Shown here: positions 1 through 9,766 of the stretch, piece by piece
Layout: each line of letters starts with the position of its first letter
Numbering within the stretch: the stretch's first letter is position 1
Assembly: GCA_963742735.1 (NCBI GenBank)
Contig: CAVUMN010000004.1
Location: forward strand, 736,001-800,000
Direction of reading: 5' to 3'
Source: an uncultured Actinomycetes bacterium
GTDB lineage: Bacteria; Actinomycetota; UBA4738; JBBDTT01
Length of the DNA: 64,000 nucleotides
The notes under the pieces: generated by a model
Told to the model about the DNA's origin: nothing
The model's database searches: none
What the model saw: only the letters and a program-made list of their open reading frames with translations
Position numbers and translations under genes: made by a program

Positions 1-224
1 AGGACCACCTCGGCGCCGGCGCCCTCGATCAGCCTGCGGGTGGCCCGGAGGTGCAGGCCCAGCCCGCCGGCCACCAGGAGGGCGCCCCCGCCCGCCGTCA
101 GGCTCGGCGCGAGGGTTCGCGAGAAGGTTCGATAGCCGATCGCCGGGCGCGACGAAGCTCCGGCGGTCGCGTTCGAGGCGGACCGCTCCACGGACACCGG
201 CTCCCTCACCTGGACGACAGTCAT
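1..224 (-). CDS. Hypothetical membrane protein, N-terminal part (runs off window start)
   Basis: My translation from ATG at 224 is open to the edge: MTVVQVREPVSV...APSLTAGGGALLVAGGLGLHLRATRRLIEG, with one hydrophobic stretch. A candidate promoter lies at 270-296. Confidence 0.5.
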   Translation of the reverse strand, partial: MTVVQVREPVSVERSASNATAGASSRPAIGYRTFSRTLAPSLTAGGGALLVAGGLGLHLRATRRLIEGAGAEVV

Positions 225-318
225 GGTGGTACGAGCATCGGGGCGTTGCGGGCGCTCGTGTAGAAGCGTATTCCGCGCGGCGGCCCTCAGTCCTGCGTCC
301 GGCCTGGACGAGCTGGAT

Positions 319-735
319 CTAGCCTCGGTCCAGGTCCAGCGAGCACGAGTTGATGCACCACCGCTGGCCCGTCGGGTTTGGGCCGTCGTCGAACACGTGG
401 CCCAGGTGGCCGCCGCAGCGGGCACACGTGGCCTCGGTTCGGATCATCCCGTAGGCCGTGTCGGTCTCCAGCCGCACCTTGGTGGGGTCGAGGGGCTCCG
501 TGAAGCTCGGCCACCCCGTCCCCGAGTCGAACTTGGTCTCCGAGGAGAACAGCTCGGCCCCGCACGCCGCGCAGCGGTAGACGCCCGTGCCGTGCTCGTC
601 CCAGTACGCGCCGGTGAACGCGCGCTCGGTGCCCTTCTCCCGCAGCACGTGGTACTGCTCCGCGCTCAGGCGCTCCCGCCATTCGTGCTCAGTGGTGGGC
701 AGGTCCGCCTGGTCTCCCGAGGTCTCCGGTCTCAT
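319..735 (-). CDS. msrB: Peptide-methionine (R)-S-oxide reductase MsrB (Zn-binding, Cys form)
   Basis: Motifs [43 protein letters not shown] and RWCINS. GGAAGGAGG SD precedes the ATG at 735. Confidence 0.96.
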   Translation of the reverse strand: MRPETSGDQADLPTTEHEWRERLSAEQYHVLREKGTERAFTGAYWDEHGTGVYRCAACGAELFSSETKFDSGTGWPSFTEPLDPTKVRLETDTAYGMIRTEATCARCGGHLGHVFDDGPNPTGQRWCINSCSLDLDRG

Positions 736-765
736 GTTGCCTCCTTCCGGCGTTGCATCCACCTG

Positions 766-792
766 AACGAGCACGCCCCGGGGGTTGTTCCC
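766..792 (-). promoter_or_regulatory. SigR/SigH-type (thiol-oxidative stress ECF sigma) promoter for msrB
   Basis: Minus strand GGAAC-N18-GTT (GGGAACAACCCCCGGGGCGTGCTCGTT) matches the actinobacterial SigR/SigH consensus. msrB is a known regulon member. Confidence 0.75.
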
Positions 793-903
793 GCCGTGTC
801 CCCCAGGTGGGCGACGGCCACAGGGGCTGCTCCGCACCGCCGCCTGGCCGACAGCCGACCTCCCGATTGAATCAACACGGTCCAGGCAGCACGATGGCAG
901 GCG

Positions 904-1482
904 ATGAGGCCCCTGAGCGAGTTTTCGGCACCCACGTCCCGCGGCCTGCGCCGCGTGCCCGGCGGCGGGCTCCTGGGCCGGGTTCGTGGGCACGACCGCG
1001 AGGCCGCGGCCCCGGGAGTGAGCACGGCCTCCCTGCTGGAGGGGCTCGGGGACGAGGGCTACGCGATCGTCCACGGCGTGCCGACCGCGCGGGGACGTCT
1101 CGACTACGTGGTGATCGGGCCGACGGGCGCCTTCGCGATCCAGTCCGAGCCCTGGAGCGGCAAGGTCCGCGTGAGCAGTGAGCCCCGCCTGACCGTCGAC
1201 GGCCGCGACGAGCACGCGACCGTGCGCCAGGTCCGGGGCGCCGCCAACGACGTGCAGACCCGGCTGTCGCGGGCCGGCGTCGTCCCGTGGGTCGAGGCCG
1301 TGATCGCCGTTCCTCCCAAGGCCGAGCTGCCCCGTCCGCGCATGCCCGTCTCCACCGAGCGGGTGACCCTGGTCCAGACCGGCGACGTGGCGAGCTTCAT
1401 CCGCCAGCACACCGGCCGGCTCTCGGCCCAGGACGTCGTCCGCGCCGTCGAGGCGTTCACCGGGCAGACCGCCCGGGCCTGA
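904..1482 (+). CDS. NERD (nuclease-related domain) protein
   Basis: YAIVHGV...[21 protein letters not shown] resembles the NERD core D-x-V-V-I-G-P-x-G-x-F-x-I-E-x-K, but the E-x-K motif is degenerate (QSE). Confidence 0.7.
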   Translation: MRPLSEFSAPTSRGLRRVPGGGLLGRVRGHDREAAAPGVSTASLLEGLGDEGYAIVHGVPTARGRLDYVVIGPTGAFAIQSEPWSGKVRVSSEPRLTVDGRDEHATVRQVRGAANDVQTRLSRAGVVPWVEAVIAVPPKAELPRPRMPVSTERVTLVQTGDVASFIRQHTGRLSAQDVVRAVEAFTGQTARA

Positions 1483-1532
1483 GCCGCCCGCCCGCTGGCG
1501 CGGCGGCACCGAACTCGTCCACACTTGCGCCC

Positions 1533-2903
1533 ATGGCTTCGAGCGACCTCGTCGGGTCGACCGCCGCCCAGATCGCCGACCGGGTCCGGGCCGGCGACGC
1601 CGCCCCCGCCGAGGTGATCCGGGCGCACCTGGAGCAGATCGACCGGGTCAACCCGAGGCTGAACGCGTTCCAGGTCGTCCGGGCCGAGCGTGCGCTGGCC
1701 GAGGCGAAGGCGCTGGGCCGCCGGCGGGCCGCGCTGTCCGACCTCCCCCTCGCCGGGGTCCCGTTCGCGGTCAAGGACAACGTGCCGGTGGAGGGCGAGC
1801 CCATGCGCGACGGCTCGCCGGCGACCTCGGACGCGCCGCAGGCCCGCGACCACGTCGCGGTGGCTCGGATCCGGGCCGCGGGGGGGATCGTGATCGGCCT
1901 GACACGGGTGCCCGAGCTCTGCATCTGGGGGACCACCGACGGGCCGTGGGGGATCACCCGCAACCCGTGGGATCCGTCGCGGACGCCGGGGGGTTCCAGC
2001 GGCGGCTCCGCCGCGGCCGTCGGCAGCGCCATGGTCCCGGTGGCCCACGCCAACGACGGCATGGGCTCGATCCGGATCCCCTCGGCGAACTGCGGGCTGG
2101 TGGGGATCAAGCCGGGGGTCGGGGTGATCCCGTGGGGCGATCAGGCGAGCGAGTGGTTCGAGCAGGCCCAGCACGGCCCCCTGGCCACGACCGTCCAGGA
2201 CTGCGCCCGGTTGCTGTCGGTCATGGCCGAGCGCCCCGAGTGGGCGACGGTGAAGCGGCCCCGGGCGGGAGCGGTGCGGTTCGCGGTCTCGGTGAAGTCG
2301 CCGCTCGCCGGCGTACCGGTCGACGCGGAGTGGAAGGCGGCAGCGCGGTCCACCGCGGAGCTGCTGGCCGGCGCGGGGCACCGGGTCGAGGATCGCGACC
2401 CGCCGTACTCGTCGAAAATCCTCCTGGGCAACATCCTCCGCTGGTATGCCGGTTCCTGGGAGGACGCCCGCGAGCTCGACTGGGCGAAGCTCCAGCGCCG
2501 GACGCGCGGACACGCCCGCGCGGGACGCGTGGCGCTTCGGCGCGGATGGGTCAAGCCCGCGCAACGGGAGACGTGGCGCGCCGCGCTCGAGCCGCTGTTC
2601 GAGGCCCACGACGTCCTGCTCACGCCCATGCTCGCGCAGGTCCCCATCAAGGCGGTGGCCTGGGACCGGCGGGCCTGGGCCGCAAACCTGCTCTCCAACA
2701 GCCGCTACGCCCCGTTCGCCGCCCCCTGGAACTTCGCGGGGTATCCGGCGATGGCGGTCCCGGCGGGGATGCACTCGAAGGGGATGCCGCTGTCGGTGCA
2801 GCTGGTGGCCAAGCCTGGCGGCGAGCCGCTGCTGCTCTCGGTGGCCGCGCTTCTGGAGAAGCTCCGCCCCTGGCCGCGCCACGCGCCGATCGCCCGGGTC
2901 TGA
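1533..2903 (+). CDS. Amidase signature family protein
   Basis: [34 protein letters not shown] and [10 protein letters not shown] give the Ser-cisSer-Lys triad. Confidence 0.93.
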   Translation: MASSDLVGSTAAQIADRVRAGDAAPAEVIRAHLEQIDRVNPRLNAFQVVRAERALAEAKALGRRRAALSDLPLAGVPFAVKDNVPVEGEPMRDGSPATSDAPQARDHVAVARIRAAGGIVIGLTRVPELCIWGTTDGPWGITRNPWDPSRTPGGSSGGSAAAVGSAMVPVAHANDGMGSIRIPSANCGLVGIKPGVGVIPWGDQASEWFEQAQHGPLATTVQDCARLLSVMAERPEWATVKRPRAGAVRFAVSVKSPLAGVPVDAEWKAAARSTAELLAGAGHRVEDRDPPYSSKILLGNILRWYAGSWEDARELDWAKLQRRTRGHARAGRVALRRGWVKPAQRETWRAALEPLFEAHDVLLTPMLAQVPIKAVAWDRRAWAANLLSNSRYAPFAAPWNFAGYPAMAVPAGMHSKGMPLSVQLVAKPGGEPLLLSVAALLEKLRPWPRHAPIARV

Positions 2904-2948
2904 GCCCGGACAGGTCCGGGACCCCTCGGGGACGAACTCCTCACCCGT

Positions 2949-3932
2949 ATGGTCGCCCGCCGAACGCTCGCCTTCGTCCTGCTGTCCTGCCTGGTCGTGG
3001 GACTGCTCCCCGCCCCGGCCTCGGCCGCGCTGCCCGTCCCGAACCCATGGCGCACCCGGCGGATCCTGAACATCGCCCATCAGGGCGGGGAGAACGAGGC
3101 CCCTTCGGACACCCTGTTCGCCCTGAAGACCGCGATCCAGAAGGGCGCGGACGTCCTGGAGATCGACGTGCATGCCACGGTGGACGGCCAGATCGTCGTG
3201 CTGCACGACACGACGGTCGACCGGACGACAAACGGGACCGGCCGGGTCGACCAGCTCACCCTCGCCCAGATCAAGGCGTTCGACGCGGCCTACTGGTTCG
3301 TTCCCGACTGCGGCACGTGTCACAACCGCCCCGTCTCGCAGTACGCGTACCGGGGGATCGCCACCCGGTCGCGCCCGATGCCTCCCGAGCTCGCGGCCCA
3401 GGGGTTCGCGCCCAACGACTTCAAGATCCCGACGCTGCGCGAGGTCCTGATCCGCTACCCGAAGACGCTCATCAACATCGAGATCAAGAACACGTTCCCC
3501 GACACCACCGGCTACGAGAAGAAGCTCGCCACCCTCCTGGCCGAGTTCGGCCGGACCACCGACACCATCGTCGTCTCCTTCCTGGACCACGCCACCGAGC
3601 TGTTCAAGCTCTTCGCGCCGAACGTCAGCACGGCGACGGGGACCGTGGAGACGGCCCTGTTCAAGGTCTCCTCCGAGGGGCCGCTGCCCGGCCTGCCGAA
3701 CCCCCGCTACCACGCGATCCAGCCGCCCATGGACTTCTTGGGGATCGAGGTGGTCAACGCGGACTTCATCGCCGCCGCCCACCGCAATGGCTTCGCGGTA
3801 CACGTCTGGACGATCAACGACCGGCCCACCATGGAGCAGCTCGTCCGGTGGGGCGTGGACGGGATCATGACCGACTACCCCACGCTCCTCGAGCAGGTCC
3901 TGACGGAGATGGACGTCCGCTACAACGTGTGA
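2949..3932 (+). CDS. Secreted glycerophosphodiester phosphodiesterase (GDPD)
   Basis: Signal peptide followed by IAHQGG, LEIDVHATVDGQIVVLHD, NIEIK, VHVWTIN and GVDGIMTDYP. Confidence 0.92.
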   Translation: MVARRTLAFVLLSCLVVGLLPAPASAALPVPNPWRTRRILNIAHQGGENEAPSDTLFALKTAIQKGADVLEIDVHATVDGQIVVLHDTTVDRTTNGTGRVDQLTLAQIKAFDAAYWFVPDCGTCHNRPVSQYAYRGIATRSRPMPPELAAQGFAPNDFKIPTLREVLIRYPKTLINIEIKNTFPDTTGYEKKLATLLAEFGRTTDTIVVSFLDHATELFKLFAPNVSTATGTVETALFKVSSEGPLPGLPNPRYHAIQPPMDFLGIEVVNADFIAAAHRNGFAVHVWTINDRPTMEQLVRWGVDGIMTDYPTLLEQVLTEMDVRYNV

Positions 3933-3938
3933 CGGCGG

Positions 3939-6593
3939 CTACGTCTCGCTGAGGATCCGCTCGACCGCGGCCAGGCTCTCGTCGAAGGAGAGCTTCCGGC
4001 CGCGCTCCCAGGCGGACTCGGCGACCTCCTCGGACAGGGCCGCCCGGGCTTCCACCGCGGGGTCGCCGTAGACGTCCGTGAGGACCTCGAGGGGCGCCCC
4101 GCCGCCGGTGAGCTCGCGGAGGGTCGCGTCGGCACCGAACAGCATCAGCGCCTCCTCCGGGCGGTGCTCGTAGACGAGCATCGCCGCCGCACTCCACACG
4201 CACTGGGCCAGGCCGGTGGGGTTGTCCGCCTGACGGAACAGCTCGATCGCCTCCGTGAGGTCGCGCCGGGCCTCCACGGGCTCGCCGACGATGGCCCGTC
4301 CGATCGCGGATCCGGTCAGGCTGTCGGCCAGCCCGAAGCGGTTTCCCAGCTCCCGGTAGGTGGCGACGACGGACTGCAGCAGCTGCAGCGCGCCCTCCAC
4401 GTCTCGGTCCTTCAAGTCCTCGTACGCCATGAGCGAGTTCGCGTTCGCCTCCAGGAGCCGATCCCCGGCGCTTCGGGCCAGGGCCGCGCTCTCCTCGAGC
4501 GCCTGCCGAGAAGCCGCGCGGTCGCCCCCGATCAGGTGGATGAACGCCAGGTCGAACAGCGCGTTCGCGGTCCCCGCGTCCTCACCGATCCCGCGCCACA
4601 CCGTCAGCGCCTCGTCGTAGTACCGCCGGGCCGTCACGAAGTCGTTCTGCCAGTAGACGATCCCGCCCGCACCGGTCAGGGCCTTGGCCCGGTGGCGGGT
4701 CGGCGTCTGCGCGGCGGGATGCTCCAGCGCTCGAGCGGCCCAGCGGCGGCCCTCGTCCAGATGACCGCGCTGATGGAAGAAGCGCCACAGGGACCCGAGG
4801 ATCCGCATCGCCGGCTCGGGGTCGTCCCCCTCGAGCGACCAACGCAGGGCCATTCGCACGTTGTCGTGCTCGCGCTCGATCGTGCCGAGCCACGTGACCT
4901 GTTCCGCCCCGGTCAGGTGTGGCTCGGCCTCCTCGGCCAGGGCCACGAAGTGCCCCGCGTGCCGTCGCCGGACCTCCTCGACGTCGAGGGCTCCGTCGAG
5001 CTTCTCCTCCGCGAACTCGCGGATCGTCTCGAGCATGACGAACCGCGGCTCCCCGTCCTCGTCGATCTGGCGAAGGAGGCTCTCGTCCACCAGGTCGGCG
5101 AGCCCGTCGAGGGTGTCGAGCTCGAGCTCGTCGCCGGGGTTGGTCACCGCGTCGGCCGACTCGAACGTCGCGCCGCCCATGAACGCGGCCAGTCGCGCGA
5201 AGAGGGCCCGGTGGGGATCGTCCAACAGGTCGTAGGACCACTCGATGGCCCCGCGGAGGGTCCGCTGCCGCTCGGGGAGGTCCTTCGCACCGGAGGTCAG
5301 CAGCTGCAGCCGGTGCTCGAGCTTCGGCAGCATGGCCTGGGGTGAGAGCAGCTTGACCCGCGACGCGGCGAGCTCGAGCGCGAGGGGCAGCCCGTCCAGG
5401 CGGTAGCAGATCTCGGCGACGGCCGGCGCGTTCTCGTCGGTGACGACGAAGTCGGGCTTGGCCGCCCGGGCCCGGTCGATGAACAGGGCGACCGCCTCGT
5501 ACTGGCTCACCGCCTCGGCGTCGGGGAGCGCCGCGGGATCGGGCAGCACGAGCGGCGGCACCGGGAACTCGTGCTCGCCGTAGATGTGCAGCGGGATGCG
5601 GCTGGTGGCCAGGACCGTCAGCCCGGGGGAGGCGGCCAGCAGGTCGGCGACGACCGAGGCCGCGTCCGTGACCTGCTCGTAGTTGTCGAGGACCAGCAGG
5701 AGCTCGCGCTCCTTCAGATGCTCGGCCAGCATCTCCACGGCGCTTCGCCCCGGGTTCTCGGGGACCCCGAGGGCCTCGGCGATCGTCGGCGCGACCAGGG
5801 CCGCGTCCATCAGCGGGGACAGGTCCACGAAGAAGGCTCCGTCGCGGAAGGAGGTCAGCAGGTCCATCGCCGTTCGCAGGGCCAGGCGGGTCTTGCCCGT
5901 GCCGCCGGGCCCGGTCAGGGTCAGCAGGCGCGCCTGCATCAGCCGCTCGGCGATCTCGACGAGCACCTCGCCGCGGCCGATGAACCGGGTCAGCTGCGCC
6001 GGCAGGTTGTTCGGCCGGGCGTCCAGCCCCCGGGGGGCGGGGAAGTCGGGCTGGCACCCCTCGATCACCAGCTGGTGGAGGTGCTCGGGATGGTCGAGGT
6101 CCTTCAGGCGGTGTGAGCCGAGGTCGCGAAGGGAGGCGCCCGGGGGCAGGGACCGCTCGACGAGCGCACGCGTCGCGTCGGAGAGCAGGACCTGGCCACC
6201 GTGAGCCGCCGCCGCGATGCGCGCGGCGCGGTTGACGTCGAGGCCCGCGTAGTTGTCGCCGCCCCGGATCCCCTCACCGGTGTGCAGGCCCATCCGGACC
6301 CGGACCGTTCGCCCCTCGGGCCATGGGTGGGCGACGAGGGCCCGCTGCGCCTCGTGTGCCGCCGCCACCGCCGCGACCGGGGAACGGAACACCGCGAAGA
6401 AGGCGTCGCCGTCCGTGGAGACCTCCACGCCGTCGACGCCGGCGATCGCCGTTCGGATCAGGCCGGCGTGGGTCTCGAGCAGGTTGGCGTAGTCCTCAGC
6501 CGCGGCCTGGAGCAGTCGCGTGGAGCCCTCGATGTCCGAGAACAGGAACGTGACGGTCCCGATCGGCAGGTCGCGCTCGCGCGGCTCGCTCAC
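3939..6593 (-). CDS. Class III adenylate/guanylate cyclase fused to STAND/NB-ARC-like ATPase and TPR repeats
   Basis: TFLFSDIEGST, GDAF, VRMGLHTG, VNRAARI; Walker A GPGGTGKT; LLVLDNYE; RLDGLPLALELAA; helical C-terminal repeats. GTG start is 7 nt after TACGGT. Confidence 0.92.
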   Translation of the reverse strand: MSEPRERDLPIGTVTFLFSDIEGSTRLLQAAAEDYANLLETHAGLIRTAIAGVDGVEVSTDGDAFFAVFRSPVAAVAAAHEAQRALVAHPWPEGRTVRVRMGLHTGEGIRGGDNYAGLDVNRAARIAAAAHGGQVLLSDATRALVERSLPPGASLRDLGSHRLKDLDHPEHLHQLVIEGCQPDFPAPRGLDARPNNLPAQLTRFIGRGEVLVEIAERLMQARLLTLTGPGGTGKTRLALRTAMDLLTSFRDGAFFVDLSPLMDAALVAPTIAEALGVPENPGRSAVEMLAEHLKERELLLVLDNYEQVTDAASVVADLLAASPGLTVLATSRIPLHIYGEHEFPVPPLVLPDPAALPDAEAVSQYEAVALFIDRARAAKPDFVVTDENAPAVAEICYRLDGLPLALELAASRVKLLSPQAMLPKLEHRLQLLTSGAKDLPERQRTLRGAIEWSYDLLDDPHRALFARLAAFMGGATFESADAVTNPGDELELDTLDGLADLVDESLLRQIDEDGEPRFVMLETIREFAEEKLDGALDVEEVRRRHAGHFVALAEEAEPHLTGAEQVTWLGTIEREHDNVRMALRWSLEGDDPEPAMRILGSLWRFFHQRGHLDEGRRWAARALEHPAAQTPTRHRAKALTGAGGIVYWQNDFVTARRYYDEALTVWRGIGEDAGTANALFDLAFIHLIGGDRAASRQALEESAALARSAGDRLLEANANSLMAYEDLKDRDVEGALQLLQSVVATYRELGNRFGLADSLTGSAIGRAIVGEPVEARRDLTEAIELFRQADNPTGLAQCVWSAAAMLVYEHRPEEALMLFGADATLRELTGGGAPLEVLTDVYGDPAVEARAALSEEVAESAWERGRKLSFDESLAAVERILSET

Positions 6594-6924
6594 GAGGGCG
6601 ACCGTACGACGGTTCGACGGAACCGAACAAGGCCGAGGCGCGTCCGAACCCCTCGGGGGGCCTCGTGGCCTCGAAGATCCGCTCCGCCGCGCCGTCCACA
6701 GGTCACCGTCCTCCATGGGAGGGCCCCGCCGCGCGCGGCTCCAGACAGGACACGTGGTTGCTCGTGACTCGAGCCACATCCCGGCCGGAGCCGGAAGGCA
6801 CCTTGGGTGTCCCTCCCAGGTTGCCGGGCCCGGCGAACCGGGCCGCTCTCGATGCGGGCCGAAGGATAGCGGCGTTCGTCGCCGGGCGACAAACGGGGGG
6901 GAGTGCGGGGGGTAGCCTTCGAGG

Positions 6925-8157
6925 ATGGCCGGGGCCGCCGAGGTGACGCCGCTCGACGTCGGGTTCGACCCCACGGACCCCGGGTTCGTCGCCAACCCGT
7001 ATCCGGCGTACGCGAGGCTCCGGGAAGCGCACCCGATCCTGCACAACCCGCTGACCGACCAGTGGGTGGTGTCGAGGCACCGCGACGTCAACCGGCTGCT
7101 CCGCGACCGGCGGTTCGGCCGCACCTACCTGCATCTCGCGACCCCCCAGGAGATGGGGCACGTCCCCGAGCCGGAGTGGCTGGCCCCGTTCTGGTACGTG
7201 ATCCGCAACGGGATGCTCGACCGCGAGCCCCCGGACCACAGCCGGTTGCGGACCCTCGTCTCCAAGGCGTTCACGCCGCGCACCGTGGAGCGGCTCCGGC
7301 CCCGCGTGCAGGCCCTGATGGACGGCCTGGTCGACCGCGTGGCCGGCGCCGGCGAGTTCGACCTGCTCAAGGAGCTCGCCGAGCCGCTTCCGGTGACGGT
7401 CATCGCCGAGATGCTCGGGGTCCCCGAGTCCGACCGTCACCTCCTTCGGCCGTGGTCGGCCGACATCTGCCGGATGTACGAGCTGAACCCCACCGACGAG
7501 GACGGCCGGATCGCCCTGGGCGCCGCCACCGAGTTCGCCGAGTACCTCCGCGGGCTGATCCGCGAGCGGCGGGACCGGCCCGGCGAGGACCTGATCAGCG
7601 GCCTGGTGCACGCGGTCGAGGAGGGGGACCGGCTGACCGAGGACGAGGCCATCGGGACCTGCGTGCTGGTGCTGAACGCGGGCCACGAGGCCACCGTCAA
7701 CGTGACCGGAAACGGATGGTGGGCGCTGTTCCGCAACCCGGACGAGCTCGCGCGCCTCCGGGAGGACCGCGCGCTCCTGCCCGGCGCGGTCGAGGAGCTC
7801 ATGCGCTACGACACGCCGCTGCAGATGTTCGAGCGGTGGGTGCTCGAGGACGCCGAGATCCTGGGGGTGCCGGTCCCGAAGGGCAGCGAGCTGGCGCTCC
7901 TGTTCGGCAGCGCCAATCACGATCCCGAGGCCTTCGACCGGCCCGACGCGCTCGACGTGGGGCGCGAGCCGAACCCGCACGTGAGCTTCGGCGCGGGCAT
8001 CCACTTCTGCCTGGGTGCGCCGCTGGCGCGCGTGGAGCTCGCGATCAGCTTCGGGACGATCCTCGATCGCCTCCCCGGCCTGGAGCTGGTCGAGGAACCC
8101 GAGTGGAAGCCGAACTACATCATCCGCGGGCTCACATCCCTGCGCGTACGCAGCTGA
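6925..8157 (+). CDS. Cytochrome P450
   Basis: AGHEAT I-helix, EELMR (ExxR) and heme motif FGAGIHFCLG. Confidence 0.96.
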   Translation: MAGAAEVTPLDVGFDPTDPGFVANPYPAYARLREAHPILHNPLTDQWVVSRHRDVNRLLRDRRFGRTYLHLATPQEMGHVPEPEWLAPFWYVIRNGMLDREPPDHSRLRTLVSKAFTPRTVERLRPRVQALMDGLVDRVAGAGEFDLLKELAEPLPVTVIAEMLGVPESDRHLLRPWSADICRMYELNPTDEDGRIALGAATEFAEYLRGLIRERRDRPGEDLISGLVHAVEEGDRLTEDEAIGTCVLVLNAGHEATVNVTGNGWWALFRNPDELARLREDRALLPGAVEELMRYDTPLQMFERWVLEDAEILGVPVPKGSELALLFGSANHDPEAFDRPDALDVGREPNPHVSFGAGIHFCLGAPLARVELAISFGTILDRLPGLELVEEPEWKPNYIIRGLTSLRVRS

Positions 8158-8183
8158 GCGTTCCCGGGCAGTACGCTTCGCTC

Positions 8184-8945
8184 GTGGATCGCGTCTTCCG
8201 ATGCTTCGTCGCGCTGGGCGACAGCGTGACGGAAGGGGTGGGGGACCCGCTGCCCGCGCGCCGGCTCCGCGGATGGGCGGACCGGCTGGCGGAGGGGTTG
8301 CGCACGGTCAACCCCGGCCTCGAGTACACGAAGCTCGCGGTGAAGAGCCTGACGAGCCGTGAGATCCGAGACGCACAGCTCGAGCCCGCCCTGGCGCTGG
8401 AGCCCGACCTGGCGGGAGCGATCGTCGGCATGAACGACGTGCTGAAACCCGGGTTCGACCCCGAGAACGTCCGCGAGCCGCTCGAGGACGTCGTCACGCG
8501 GCTGCAGGAGGCGGGGGCGACGGTCCTGATGGCCACCCTCCCCGACGTCACCCGGATCCTTCCGCTGCCGGAGCGGGTCAAGGCCCCGATGCGTCCCAGG
8601 CTCGAGGCGGCCAACGACGTGGTGCGCGCCATCGCGGCGGCGCATGACGCCGTGCTGGTGGACGCCAGGGACTGGCCGGAGGAGCTCCGCCGGGCCAACT
8701 GGAGCATCGACCTCCTGCACCCCAACTCCCGCGGCCACCTGCTGATCGCCCGGGCCTTCGCGGACAAGCTCGGCCTGCCCTCCGACGCCCTTCCCGAGCC
8801 GGAGCGCGTCCGGATCGTGGGCGCGGAGTCGGCCCGCCACGCCCGGTGGCTGGCCCAGGAGGTCGGCATCCCCCAGGTCCGCCGTCGGGCGGCGCGGCCG
8901 GCGGCCGCGATCGGGAAGCTGGGACGACGCCTGGGCCGTTCTTGA
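8184..8945 (+). CDS. SGNH/GDSL hydrolase
   Basis: FVALGDSVTEG, GMND and DLLHPNSRGH. Confidence 0.9.
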   Translation: MDRVFRCFVALGDSVTEGVGDPLPARRLRGWADRLAEGLRTVNPGLEYTKLAVKSLTSREIRDAQLEPALALEPDLAGAIVGMNDVLKPGFDPENVREPLEDVVTRLQEAGATVLMATLPDVTRILPLPERVKAPMRPRLEAANDVVRAIAAAHDAVLVDARDWPEELRRANWSIDLLHPNSRGHLLIARAFADKLGLPSDALPEPERVRIVGAESARHARWLAQEVGIPQVRRRAARPAAAIGKLGRRLGRS

Positions 8946-8981
8946 ACCGGCCTTAACCTCACGCCCCCTAGCGTCGTGGCC

Positions 8982-9731
8982 ATGAAGCGTCTCCTGGCCC
9001 TGATCGTGACCGCCGCGCTGACGGCCGTCGGCTGCGCGGGCTCGGCGCCCGCCCCGGCCGAGCCCGCCGGCCGGGCCACCCCGTCTCCGGCCGCCGCCGG
9101 CCCGTCGGCGCCCGCCCGGCCGGCGAAGCCGGTCGACCCCCGGACGGGCGGGCTGGAGATCGGGCTGGCCGAGTGGGCGGTGACCCTGGAGGCGGGCGCC
9201 ATCCGTCCCGGGCGAGTTACGTTCGTGATCCACAACGGCGGCACGCGCGGCCATGGGTTCGAGATCGAGGCCGAGGGCCGCGACTCGAGCGGTCACGGCA
9301 GCGGCGGCGGATTCAAGGTCGAGGACCGGCTCTTGGAGCCCGGTCAGACGTCGCGGGTGGTCCTGGACCTCGCCCCGGGCGTCTACAAGGTCGAGTGCCT
9401 GGTCGACGGCCACGACGACCTCGGGATGGAGACCCTCCTGGAGGTCCGCCCGGACGCGCCGCTGGTTCGGCCGGTCCGCCGCGCCCCCGACGCCGTCGCC
9501 ATCGAGGGGATCGCGTTCCGCCCCGGCGAGCTCACCGTGCCCGCGGGCACCGAGGTCACGTGGACCAACCAGGACCCCACGGCGCACACCGTGAGCGCGG
9601 AGGACGACTCCTTCGACTCCGGCGTCCTGGACCCGGGCGCCTCGTTCTCCTGGACGTTCGAGACGACCGGGACCGTGACCTATCTCTGCCGGATCCATCC
9701 GGACATGCAGGGGTCGATCCGGGTCGACTAG
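8982..9731 (+). CDS. Lipoprotein with two cupredoxin (type-1 copper) domains
   Basis: Lipobox-like LTAVGC. Domain 1 has H...CLVDGHDDLGM; domain 2 has AHTV...CRIHPDM. Confidence 0.85.
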   Translation: MKRLLALIVTAALTAVGCAGSAPAPAEPAGRATPSPAAAGPSAPARPAKPVDPRTGGLEIGLAEWAVTLEAGAIRPGRVTFVIHNGGTRGHGFEIEAEGRDSSGHGSGGGFKVEDRLLEPGQTSRVVLDLAPGVYKVECLVDGHDDLGMETLLEVRPDAPLVRPVRRAPDAVAIEGIAFRPGELTVPAGTEVTWTNQDPTAHTVSAEDDSFDSGVLDPGASFSWTFETTGTVTYLCRIHPDMQGSIRVD

Positions 9732-9766
9732 GCTCAGCCTTGGACCGCTCGAGGAGGAGACGTTCG

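Noticed and set aside
6496-6699. 67-aa minus-strand ORF upstream of the cyclase as a leader peptide
   Set aside because: It overlaps the cyclase out of frame, has poor SD spacing and no recognisable motif. It is not supportable without Ribo-seq.
6903-8945. 680-aa ORF suggesting a P450-SGNH fusion
   Set aside because: Its first part is an off-frame overlay of the P450. The SGNH gene has its own -10 and GTG at 8184.
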